A DNA stretch of 64,000 nt from Lama guanicoe (Eukaryota). Under the pieces are notes generated by a model that was not told where the DNA came from, did no database searches, and saw nothing but the letters and a program-made list of their open reading frames with translations. Both the position numbers and the translations under genes were made by a program. Of this stretch, positions 13,180-23,680 are shown piece after piece; positions within the stretch are counted from its first letter, which is position 1; every line of letters begins with the position of its first letter. The stretch covers positions 4,020,677-4,084,676 of the forward strand of contig MU054117.1 in NCBI GenBank assembly GCA_013239625.1, read 5' to 3'.

Positions 13180-13443
13180 AAACCCAACCCAAACATGAGG
13201 CATTAATCTAGACCCAGCAGCTTCCCCCTCTGGGGACCGTTACTCTCTGCGGCTGAGAGTTTAATGGCAGCCATACCCACAACTGTCCGTGTAGCTGAAG
13301 GGACCTTCCCTTGTGTGTTTCCACACTTGGCAAATGGAGTGGACACAGATGCAGAAAACCAAAATCAAAATATCTCAATATTAAATGATACAGTGATTTG
13401 GAACTAGCCCCACTGTAACCCATCCTCACCTTGGGAGGCTGCT

Positions 13444-13530
13444 GTGTGCGTGCATGTGCGCGTGGGTGTGCCTGTGTGTGCGTGTGCGTTAGCGTGTGTG
13501 CGTGCGTGTGTGCATGTGTGTGCATGCACC
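13444..13530. repeat. Degenerate (TG/CG)n alternating purine-pyrimidine tract
   Basis: gtgtgcgtgcatgtgcgcgtgggtgtgcctgtgtgtgcgtgtgcg... Confidence 0.9.
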
Positions 13531-15824
13531 AGCTCTTGCATGCACATCTTTAAACGTCGTGGTGGATGAGTATTCGGGCCCAGAACAAAGACGACTGAAT
13601 TTACTAGATAAGCACCAGGATGGCCAGTCGCTGGACTGACTGAGATTTTCTCTGCAGGCTTTTCCTTGTCCGCCCTCCGGCCATGAAAGAGTTTGTGGTG
13701 CGTTAAGGATAGAGTCAGTCTGGGTTTCCTGGGGCTTGTGCCCGCATGCCACGCTCCTTTTCGATCTCTTTGCCGAGAGGGGGCCAAGCCAGAGGGTTGG
13801 TGCACGTTGCATTGCTTTGACACGCGCCGTGCCTCCCGTCTCCACTGCCCTGGGGCCAGAGGAGGGTACGCTTTGAACGATGTAAAATTCCTCCTCCAGC
13901 AACTGTGCGAAAGCAACTCCCGGCTTCCGGCTCCCAGCTCAGGGCGGCTCAGTTTGCTTTGGGGGTCTTGGCTCCTCGTCCACTCAGGGGTCTCCAGTCT
14001 TCCTTCGCTGGTCTCCGAGAGTGACCTCTTTCAGCAGTTCCTTTGTGAGGGAGGTGAGTCGCCCTTCTGAGGTCTCTGTTTCATTTTGCTTCATCCTTGA
14101 ATCCGCCTCCTCTGTTACCAGTGTGTCTTGTTTCCACAGGGAAGCCAGCATCCCCTCATAACTGAGGACCTTGTCCGATTTCAGATCGTGGGCGAAGTGT
14201 GGGCCATGACAGTCGGTTTCAAAACCCCCGAGTTCAGTAAATTTTAACAAGAGGAACTATGCAGAGTGGCGGGTTTTTTAAGAACGGTAGGAACCCATCT
14301 CCCCATCTCTGCTGTTGCCCATATTGACTGTGTGTGATGCAGACCTGCCCACGGGTCTCAAAGGAGGTCTCACCAAATACATCACAGAGAGGGGGTCACT
14401 TCTGGTGCTGGGGAGTTTAGCCACGCTGGTCAGCATCTTTGGTGACAGCCCTTGGCTTGTTCTCTGATCGCAGCTCAATTTCTCGCCCTCTCTAAAGCTC
14501 TATTTTTGTCTCTTTGTGCTTCCTAAGACGGGGGTGTAAGCGTGGCCGCCACGCGGAGGTGCGCAAAGAGCAAAGTGCGCCGTGGACACCCGCACGACCC
14601 CGTCCTTACAAGTGCGCTTCCCATCTGCTCCCTCCAGCCGCCCCGAGTCACTCCTTCCGTCCGTCCTTTCACAGGCCTTTCCCTCCCTTGTTGGTTTTGG
14701 ATGCATCTCACCCCCTGTGAGTTAACCTACACGTTTCCAGTGAAATCTCATCGTGCGGTTTCCAGGTTGCCCACCCCCACGAGGGCTGGGGAGCCATTGG
14801 TCTGTCCTCACCAGGGTTTGTAGCGCCCTCCCCTCAAAGCGTCATCTGTGTATTTTAATTAATCTGCCACTTTTTCCTCCCTCCTGCTTCCGGCTCATTA
14901 ATAAGGAGATTAACCAAAACCAGACCAATCCCCAGCGGAGCCTCCGCCGGGAGCGCTCTCTCCCAGCTTCCAGCCTTGCCAGAGGTCAGAACATCTTCAA
15001 GTGGCCCCACTGACTGATTTGAAGGCCTTGGGACCCGTGTTCAGAACAAAGCCAATTTGAATTAATTCTGCAATTAGGATAGAAGAACAAGCCTTGCCAG
15101 CCCTGTTACGTGGCCTTAGTTTAATGTTTCCACCACATTCCTTTCCTGTTTGTCATTCTAGTTTGCATCGATCGCCTCCCCACCTCTCTCCCTTCCCCCG
15201 AGCCCGGAACAAGATATGAGGGTTATCTGGCAGGATGTGATCTTCTGAGCCTTGGGCGTTTGTCAGAGACCATGTCAGAGCTGCAGAAATTCTCCAAAGA
15301 ATTAGGTCCTCCTGGTTACATCTGGACAGTGTCCTCGTTAACCCCAGCCAGAAAGCACATTTGCCTCCGGAGGATGTGGCTGAACGAGAAATAATGAAGT
15401 CTCTTGAATTTGCATATTAAAAACTTGGCAAATTGGAAAGGTTTTCACATTTGATCTCGTGCCTCCTCCCCCGAGGAAAGCTAGAACAGAGGCTTCATGC
15501 CTTCTGTGTAAATCACCCCGATTTCCAGCCCCCGGGCCCAACCCGGGGTCTGAGGTGCTACCTTCAGCCCCTGGACAGGCACCCGCAGAGGCCTGACCTT
15601 GGAGAGCATGGAGCCCAGAGGGGACGGGAGGAAACCGAACTTCGTTTACCTTCCTGGGGAAGGAGCACTTTCGTGGGGAATCTGGGGAGGAGGGAGCAGG
15701 AGTGGTGACTCTGGAAACTGCTGAGAGCTGCCTGGAGGCTTCTTGGGTTGAGCTCTCTGGCTCCAGGCTTGGAACCCGAGCTTCCTCTAGCACGTGTGAG
15801 TGCAGGGACAAGACGGACGGACAG

Positions 15825-16010
15825 CACGGGGTAATCGTTAAGAGCGTCAGCTCCAGAGCCACATCTGAGTTCTGCTGCTTGTTAGCTGATTATTAAACCT
15901 CCCCATGCCTCGGTTTCCCCATCTGAAATGAGGAACGGCAGTGCCTGTCTCAGCGGGGTTGTTACCGAGATGAAAGATGCAAAGTGTGTCGGTACTGGGC
16001 ACAGAGCATC
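15825..16010 (+). mobile_element. MIR SINE
   Basis: gttaagagcgtcagctccagagcc...aacctccccatgcctcggtttccccatctgaaatgagg...gggttgttaccgagatgaaa. Confidence 0.8.
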
Positions 16011-19000
16011 TCTGTTCTTGGTGATCCCACAGGCCAGGCTAAGAATGTGCTCCGGACACGTGCCATCAGCAAGGTGCCCGAGGACGTGGCCAGGATGCGG
16101 GTCGCGGAGAGGAGCGCGGTGGTCGCAGCCCGCATCTCTCGCGTGTGGCCAGCCACACCCAGCGTGCCGTGGGCTCAGGTCCTGAACCCCTCTGCTCACC
16201 AGCCTCTTCCCCATTTCCGCTGCTTCTTGACTACCTCAGACCCTCCGTGTGTGTTGTGAACGGAGCCAGAAAGGAGGAATCAGTAGTGACTCTCGTTTGA
16301 GTATTTTGAGGGATGGTGAAACCTTGCAGGAATGTGGCTCCGGGGACTGAGAAAGCGCCATATGTGGGAAAGCATTTCTAAGGGAGGGAAACAGCATCTG
16401 TAAGTTGGTCAGGATCTTGGAAAACTCTGAGCGAGGGAAATGGGCACTGGGGAGCGCGTGGGAAGGGGTCTCGCTGAGGTCTTTAACAGCTCTTTTTCCA
16501 ATTAGAGCCGAGAAAAGCCTGGGGACCGTGGCCTGCTTCAGAGCCAGCGCTGTATTTTCTTTGGGAGAAGAAGGCAGAGGTGATTGGCTTCCAACCCAGG
16601 CTTGGCGGAAGCCCAGACAGAGGCCCAGGCCAGGAAGCAGTGCCTCGGCAGGTTCTGCTCGTAGTAGATGCTCACTCAGTAAATAGCCCAGCGGACTCCA
16701 CCCCGGGGCGGTCCTGTGCCAGGCGTCGGGGATGCATGGATGAGAAAGACATGTCTGTGTCATCAAAGAGGAAACGCGCGGACAGTGATAACACAGTAGG
16801 TTCATGGCTTACATGGGGTCTCTGTGAACCGCGGTCACCCCGGAGAAGGAGCAGAGAAGTCTCTCTAAATGGAAAAAGTCACTGCTGTGCCTTGCCTGGC
16901 TTTACCTTTCTTTTCCGCTCCCCCCTTCAACAATGGAGCCAGTCCTCTGCTCCCTGGGGGGGGGGGTGTGGAGAGCCAGTGGGCCGCGTCTCTGATGCCA
17001 CAGAGAGCGCAGGTTCACGTTCATCCAACACGTCCAGTGTACCACTCACTGTGTGCTGGACACGATGCTCAGGGCTTTCGCAGAGGTTCCGTTATTCACC
17101 CCCTTGACAGTGACCTTGATCACGCACAAGCCACGAGATCCTTGTTGCACTTGAGAACCCAGTGTCTCCGTCAGTCTCTGCATCCTTGAGCCGTCTGACC
17201 TTACACAACTCTTATTACCGCTCCAGCTCTCAGTTTCCTTATTTGGGAAAATGAGGTGGTTCCCTGCAGCCCCCTCCAGCTTCAACATCTGTGTTTCGGC
17301 GAGTTTTATTAGCAACATTCTTGGCCTTGCTCTCGACGAAAAAGCTGAGAGCAGATTATCAAAGTGAAGTCCACAGGAAGCCGGCTGGGTTTGAATGCAG
17401 CCTTGCAAATATTTAGAAACACTTACCAGCCTACAGATGATTTATTCCCACAACGTAGTCCAAAGCATCACGACAAGTTTTGGGATTTGATGGTAAGAAA
17501 CAGTTCAGATCCAGAAAAGGGTAGGACTGAGGCTAAGGGGCATCTGGGGATTTTTACAGTATTCTTTTTTTTTTTTCGGTCCCACCCTTCCCCCACCAGT
17601 GTTGACCTGATGTCTGTGCTGAGTTTGGGTGCTTGGGACTTGAAGGGTGTGCAGAGTTTGCTTTGGGGCTCCCAGGGGTGGAGTGCTGGGAACAGTTCTC
17701 TGTCGAGAATTGAAAAACGGTAATAAGTCCGCTAAAAGCCAGTCTGCTTCTGCACGGTCGCTGAGCTGTGGCAATCCTTAGCAATGTCGGCGACAGAGTC
17801 TGCCTCCCCGCTGGCGCTGACCTCTTCCGCCGTCCTGTTCATTTCACCCACTCCTCGGCCACCGCTGCCCGGGGAAGGAGAGAAGGCGGTCTCAGGGCCC
17901 CTGCTCACTGTCCACGACCCCGGGCCCTCCCCGCCGGGGTGCAGCTGAAGTCATAGCTCCTGCCCACCGCCCGGAACACGGCCCCCTGCCTCCCACGGCT
18001 CCGTGACCTTTGCCCCGCCCCTTGATTAACAGTGAGCTTCCACTCTTTACCTGCAAACTGTTTCACCAAGATGGGCCATCTTGGTGATGGGGACCTTGCA
18101 CTCAGGGTTTAATGCTCTGTGGCTGCCCCCTTGAAATTCTGCAGTATTTTTTCTCTGACTGTGGGTTTTGTAAGAGAAGCCCCAGGGGACAAAGGAGCAG
18201 GCCCCAGGGGACAAAGGAGCAGGCCCCAGGCGCTCAGAGCATCACCTCAGACGTGGCGCCGCCTCCTGCCTCCACGCGGCCTCTGAGCAGTGTTTGCACT
18301 AGCCCCTGCACGTGAGGGAGCTGGTTCTGCCTTCAGCCACCCTTGGTCCATCTCTGAGTCACACACCCACTCTGTACTCACTGTGGTGTGACCCGAGGGG
18401 AGAGGCGGGCACAAGTAGGAAGGAGGGGGCTCCTGATCTGGGAGGAGGGAGCTGGACATGAAGTGCAACGAGGGCTGTGACAGCTGCCACCAGAGCTGTC
18501 GGGAAAGCCCTCCGTGGAGATGCAGAGGAGGTGGGGCGTCATAGCTTCTGAACCAGGCGCTGAGGGGTGGGCGGAGTTTCAGCAGGAGAGGCGATGTAAG
18601 CAGTGCCAGGTGACCGTCACCTGGGTTGTAACGCTTATGTGGCTGGTGACCAGGGGGCGGGGCTGGAGCGTGGGGCATGGGAGCCCGATGCTAAAATGAC
18701 ACAAAGGGAGGCTGGGCCCAGAGAAACCCCTCTCCACCCTCGTGTGTCTCTCCTCCTCTTTGAACTTCAGTTTGAGTTTTCCTCATCTAGAAAATCAAGG
18801 GGTTGGGATAAACGCCCTCGTCCGTCTAACACCCTTTGGTTCCGCCCGTGAAGCACCCCGACCCACCAGCGCTTGTCCCAGCGCATCCTGGTCATGAGCT
18901 TCCCGTCAGCACCTGGGCTCTGCCTGGGCCCTCCCCCCGCTGACCATACCTGATCTGTCTCCCACGAGCACGTAGCCTGGGCGTTCTTAGTTTACGGTGG

Positions 19001-20816
19001 CTGGGCTTTGGGGGGACTTAGTAAACTGTTTTTTTGATAGGCTCTCCATCCCGAATTATTTTATTGCAGCTGTATTCTATGTTGGAAGGGAGAGAGGCTG
19101 TAATACTAGTGTAATTCTCGCGTGCTCCACGTTTGGTGTCGTTCAAGCATCATTTTGTTGGGCCCACAAGACTGAAGGAAACGTCACTCTGACGCAGGGT
19201 TGTGGGGGAGATTAGCTGTCCTGTGGGAACCATTTTCCCAGGATAATACTATTCCTGGGGCCATCTCTAGGGATGGGCGGTAAAGCTAGAATCCTTCTCT
19301 CGGCTTTGACCTTGAGGGAGTCAGAGAGTGGTTCCCATGGAAGGAAGGCTGTCCCCTTATCAGAAAGACAGGCCTGGGGCCAGGAGGAGGAAGCTGGAGG
19401 AAGGGGACAGCCACGTTGTTGGCCTTTGGGGACAAGAGAGCAGTCTTCAGACACGATGGGGAAAGAGGCCGCGTCTGCGAGCCCCGGGCGCGAGTCAGCG
19501 CGGGCGGGCTCCGGCCTGGGGCTGGGTAAGCAGGGCTGATTTTCCGTTTCTGTGCCACCGTTGTGTATTTCCCTTCTGCGTCCCCCTGGGTGCAGGAGTC
19601 TTTCTCGAAATACCGGAGGGGGACCAAGGGAATGACTTTATTTTCCGTGCTTAGAGCTTTAAAGCGGAAACGAGAAAGCCCCGGGGGCAGTGAGGTGGTA
19701 GCAGTGGTGATCACAGAATGAGCCTCCAGGCCAGGGCTGTGAAGCACGGGGCGCAGGAGGGGCCCCTCGGGCAGCCGCCCCGCCCCACCGGAACAGCCTC
19801 CTTCCCGCGCCAGCCCTCGGAAAACCTGGGCTTTGCTCTGATGAGGGAGAGAGCAGCCGTGAGGGTATGTGGAGATCAGCCCTCCAATTCCGCAAGGACT
19901 CAGCAGAAAGCCCGAGTCGAGGTCCTCCTGTGGTAACGGAGCGAGAGTGTGGATGCTCGAGATGCTGTTGAAACGAGACAGCAGGGTGAGAACCAGCGCC
20001 ACTAACAGGAACATTTTGTAATGAGAACTTAAAATTTTAAAAAATCAAAAAATGAACCAGGAATCTTGCTCTTCAGGGCAAGTCCAGCCCATTAATTTGA
20101 GCTGTGTCCCCCCACCTTCTGCAAGCAGGGCATTGGGAGAGGGGGGCTGCCGTCTTATGAAGAAGAGAGTCCTGGGGATCAGTTGGGCGCCTTGGCAAGT
20201 ATGTCCATCGGAGAGCTTGGGAGAGCACCCTGACACTCAGGTCCTCTCACGGAGTGGGTCGTGGCCCACGTGGCCATTTCCAAGGGCAGGCTGGCCCGGC
20301 CAAGGACGAGCCGTCTCTGACGCTGCAGTGTAGAGGCAAGTGACCCAACCCCCAGCCTCCGGGTATCTGTGCCTTTGAGAGACCCCAGGGGCTGCAGTAA
20401 GGGAGGCAGGAGAGCTCTGATTCCTGCGACAGTTGCAAGGCTGCTGCTGATATTAACCAGTGTACATAATGCATTTATAATTTTCAGGCTCCATTTCTTG
20501 GTAGTCTGCCAAGATGGAGTGGCCTGTGGTCTTTTCAGGCTCAAGTGACGTTGAAAGAAGTGTCGGGACATCGTCCACACACAGCAGGCCGCACAGAGTA
20601 GCCATCAGATGCAAAGGCAGCCGGTGCTGTCTGTCCGGGGAAGAGGGCGGGGCTGAGTGCCTGGCGGGGCTGAGTGCCTGGCGGGCCTCTGCACCTGTCT
20701 CTCTGGGACCTGGGTCCTCAGGAAAGACCTAACTCTTCTATTCTGTAGTTCTTCCAGTAATGTTCTTGGTTTCTTTGTGACAAAGATTATTTCACCCTCT
20801 GTCTGTTACTTACACA

Positions 20817-20845
<29 letters not shown>
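20817..20845. repeat. (AC)14 microsatellite about 300 bp upstream of the NTF3 coding exon
   Basis: Read directly. Confidence 0.95.
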
Positions 20846-20850
<5 letters not shown>

Positions 20851-21120
20851 AGGCTCACACACCCCGCTTCCCCTCTCACACAACCAGGATGCTGGAGGAA
20901 AGACAGTTAAGCCGAAGGTACTTGGAAGTCTAGGAGGGAAAGGAGGGCTCGTATGAAGCAGTATTTCCCAGAGGAGGGGAAAGAAATAGACAGCCTTGGT
21001 CTCTGGACATCACAGAGCAGCTCTGACACTCACCTGGGATGGTGGTACCCTGCTCTCTCTGGGATTTCAGCCTCTCAGGTAGCTGGTCCAGGATGGCATG
21101 GACTCAGCAACCCCCGCCTG

Positions 21121-21147
21121 CTCTTAACCCTTGCGTTTCCTTTTCAG
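21121..21147 (+). promoter_or_regulatory. NTF3: 3' splice site of the NTF3 coding exon (branch-point-like CTTAAC, polypyrimidine tract, CAG)
   Basis: Sequence ctcttaacccttgcgtttccttttcag|ATCTTACAGGTGAACAAGGTGATG; the exon start encodes the ILQVNKV segment known from the long NT-3 isoform. Confidence 0.93.
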
Positions 21148-21168
21148 ATCTTACAGGTGAACAAGGTG

Positions 21169-21942
21169 ATGTCCATCTTGTTTTATGTGATATTTCTCGC
21201 TTATCTCCGTGGCATCCAAGGGAACAGCATGGATCAAAGGAGTTTGCCGGAAGACTCGCTCAATTCCCTGATCATCAAGCTGATCCAGGCCGATATTTTG
21301 AAAAACAAGCTCTCCAAGCAGATGGTGGACGTGAAGGAAAGCTACCAGAGCACGCTGCCCAAAGCAGAGGGCCCCCGAGCGCCGGGGCGGGGAGAGCCCG
21401 CCAAGTCGGAGTTCCAGCCGGTGGCGGCCGTGGGCCCCGACCTGCTGCGACATCAGAGACGCTACAGCTCCCCCCGGGTCCTGCTGAGCGACAGCACGCC
21501 CCTGCAGCCCCCGCCCCTGTACCTCATGGAGGATTACGTGGGCAGCCCCGTGGTGGCCAACCGAACGGCGCGGCGGAAGAGGTACGCGGAGCACAAGAGT
21601 CACCGGGGGGAGTACTCCGTGTGTGACAGCGAGAGCCTCTGGGTGACCGACAAGTCGTCAGCCATCGACATCCGGGGACACCAGGTCACGGTGCTGGGGG
21701 AGATCAAAACGGGCAACTCCCCCGTCAAACAGTATTTTTACGAGACCAGATGTAAGGAGGCCAGGCCCGTCAAGAACGGTTGCAGGGGAATTGACGATAA
21801 ACACTGGAACTCTCAGTGCAAAACATCCCAGACCTACGTCCGGGCGCTGACGTCGGAAAACAACAAACTGGTCGGCTGGCGATGGATACGGATTGACACG
21901 TCCTGTGTGTGTGCCTTGTCGAGAAAAATCGGAAGAACATGA
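21169..21942 (+). CDS. NTF3: Neurotrophin-3 precursor (prepro-NT-3, 257 aa) encoded in the terminal exon. A longer spliced isoform would add ILQVNKV (21148-21168) plus residues from an upstream exon outside the window.
   Basis: Translation begins [18 protein letters not shown] (signal peptide), has an N-glycosylation sequon NRT and a furin site RRKR, then mature [21 protein letters not shown]...[12 protein letters not shown] (119 aa from 21583) with six cystine-knot cysteines. 774 nt = 257 codons + stop, matching known mammalian NT-3. Confidence 0.99.
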   Translation: MSILFYVIFLAYLRGIQGNSMDQRSLPEDSLNSLIIKLIQADILKNKLSKQMVDVKESYQSTLPKAEGPRAPGRGEPAKSEFQPVAAVGPDLLRHQRRYSSPRVLLSDSTPLQPPPLYLMEDYVGSPVVANRTARRKRYAEHKSHRGEYSVCDSESLWVTDKSSAIDIRGHQVTVLGEIKTGNSPVKQYFYETRCKEARPVKNGCRGIDDKHWNSQCKTSQTYVRALTSENNKLVGWRWIRIDTSCVCALSRKIGRT

Positions 21943-22115
21943 ATTGGCATCTCTCCTCGTATATAAATTATTACCTTAAATTATATGATATGCATGTGGC
22001 ATATAAATGTTTCTATTGTTTTTATATATTATAAGTTGACCCTTATTTATTAAACTTCAGCCACCCCACCGTATATAAGCTTTTTTCTCAATAAAATCAG
22101 TGTGCTTGCCCTCCC
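21943..22115 (+). promoter_or_regulatory. NTF3: NTF3 AU-rich 3' UTR with poly(A) signals ATTAAA (22049-22054) and AATAAA (22090-22095)
   Basis: Abrupt switch from GC-rich CDS to AT-rich sequence after the stop codon, an ATTTA motif, two hexamers, and GT-rich sequence after AATAAA. Exact cleavage site not determinable. Confidence 0.85.
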
Positions 22116-23484
22116 TCAGGCCTCTCCCATCTGTTAAACCTGATTCTGTAAACCCGGCTCCCAGGAGCCGCCCTGTAAAATCTGTGTACACCAGTATTGT
22201 CAAGGCCGTGACTGTCGTTTTTAGTAAACTTGTTGAAATCGGCTGATGTTGGAGTGGTGTGTAGACGCAGGGATGGCCCCCCTTCCGGGATGCTTCCCAG
22301 TTGATCAGTGAATTCAAAGAACTGCCACCCGCCCCCGTCGCAGGGGTGCCCGGCAGCCGGGAGCCGCAGCCTCAGTTCTGGCCGCAAGCTCGCTGCCCAG
22401 AGCCGCCTCGCCTTTGTCCACTGGCGGTTTTGCCACTGAGAGTTCTGACTTGCTCCGACATTGCCGTCCTGGAACAGTGACAACGAAGCTGGTGGTTGTC
22501 GTTTGGAACTTTCTTTCCAGCACATGTTTGGAGATTTGAGATTGTTAAGGGTTGCATTTTTTTTTTTTTGGCTTTGGTTTTTTGTTTCACTTTTTGTCAG
22601 TGGTTTTCATCTTTTTAGGCACATAGGGGGAAAAATGTTAACTATTTGTAACAGAATAATTGTACGGTTACCCAGAAGCAGGAACGAGTCATCTGCACAC
22701 AGAAGAGAGAAACTGGCTCCTAAGAGCTTCTCCTGGCGCTCGGCCTCCCCTGCCTCTGCGGGCCCTTCCTAGAGTTGCCCGAGGAAGAGCCTGGCGCTCG
22801 GAGTCAGACCCGGCTTCTCATTCCAGCCCCTCCCCGTGGCTCTGAGAGGGTTTTGCAGGCTCCCTGAGACTAGGCTTCCGTGAGTCAGATGGGGGTCTTG
22901 CCTACCCCACAGGGTGCCCACGGTTCAGCCCAGCACCTGCTCCAGGCGTCCGAGTGTAGGACAGGCATTCAAGAACGGTGCTCCTTTATCCCTCTCCTTC
23001 CTCTCCCTCTGTATCATTTTTGGTCGATTCATCACTCTGAGATGTAAAAAGCCCATTTGGAAGGAACCTTCCAGGCGCCTTCTGATCCCAGGAGGGGGCA
23101 ATTGGTGACGCAAGCCAGAGGTGCACTAGTGATGCCCTCTGCGCGATCTTCCCCCTGGAAACAGTTCATCATCTGGGGTCTGGAGCCCGAGGACCCCCAT
23201 CTCCGGTCTGGTCAGAGGCTCGAGGTACCCACGAGCCCACGACGGTCACTGCATTACTGCCCTGAAACCCTGTCTGGTCACTTTCCTGATGCCCCACCTT
23301 CCTCTAAGGCCACTTGCGCCATCTCTGGAGCGGCCTGTGCCCTGAGAGCTTGCTCTGACACATACCTGATAGAATCTGTGTCCTTTACGTGCTCGGCCAA
23401 TAGCAGTGGCTTTGGTGAGAGCATTGACACTCTGCACTCCGTTCCAAGGGCCCACAACCCCATGGCAAGAAATGAATGTACCAT

Positions 23485-23680
23485 GTGCCCACCAGGTGCC
23501 AGGCACTTTCAAACACTGCCACCTGCCCTTAGTTGTCACACATTCTTCAAGGTAGAGATTGTCATCTTCAATGTACAGGTGATGAAACTGGGGCTTGAGG
23601 ATTTAACATGCCGATGGCCCCAGAGCAGGGGAGTGGCAGAGGGGAGATGTAAATCTAGGCTTGAAGGATGATGTGGTCCT
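23485..23680 (-). mobile_element. MIR SINE
   Basis: gtgccaggcact...tacaggtgatgaaactggggcttgaggatttaac...agtggcagag. Confidence 0.7.

Noticed and set aside
18644..18660. CTCF-like motifs (tgaccagggggcg; also ccaagagggggca near 57595)
   Set aside because: Only partial matches, expected often in GC-rich DNA; not supportable without a PWM scan or ChIP data.
1..21147. NTF3 first exon/promoter and a REST RE1 site
   Set aside because: No upstream coding-exon sequence and no full TTCAGCACC-nn-GGACAG motif seen, only half-sites; these probably lie upstream of the window.
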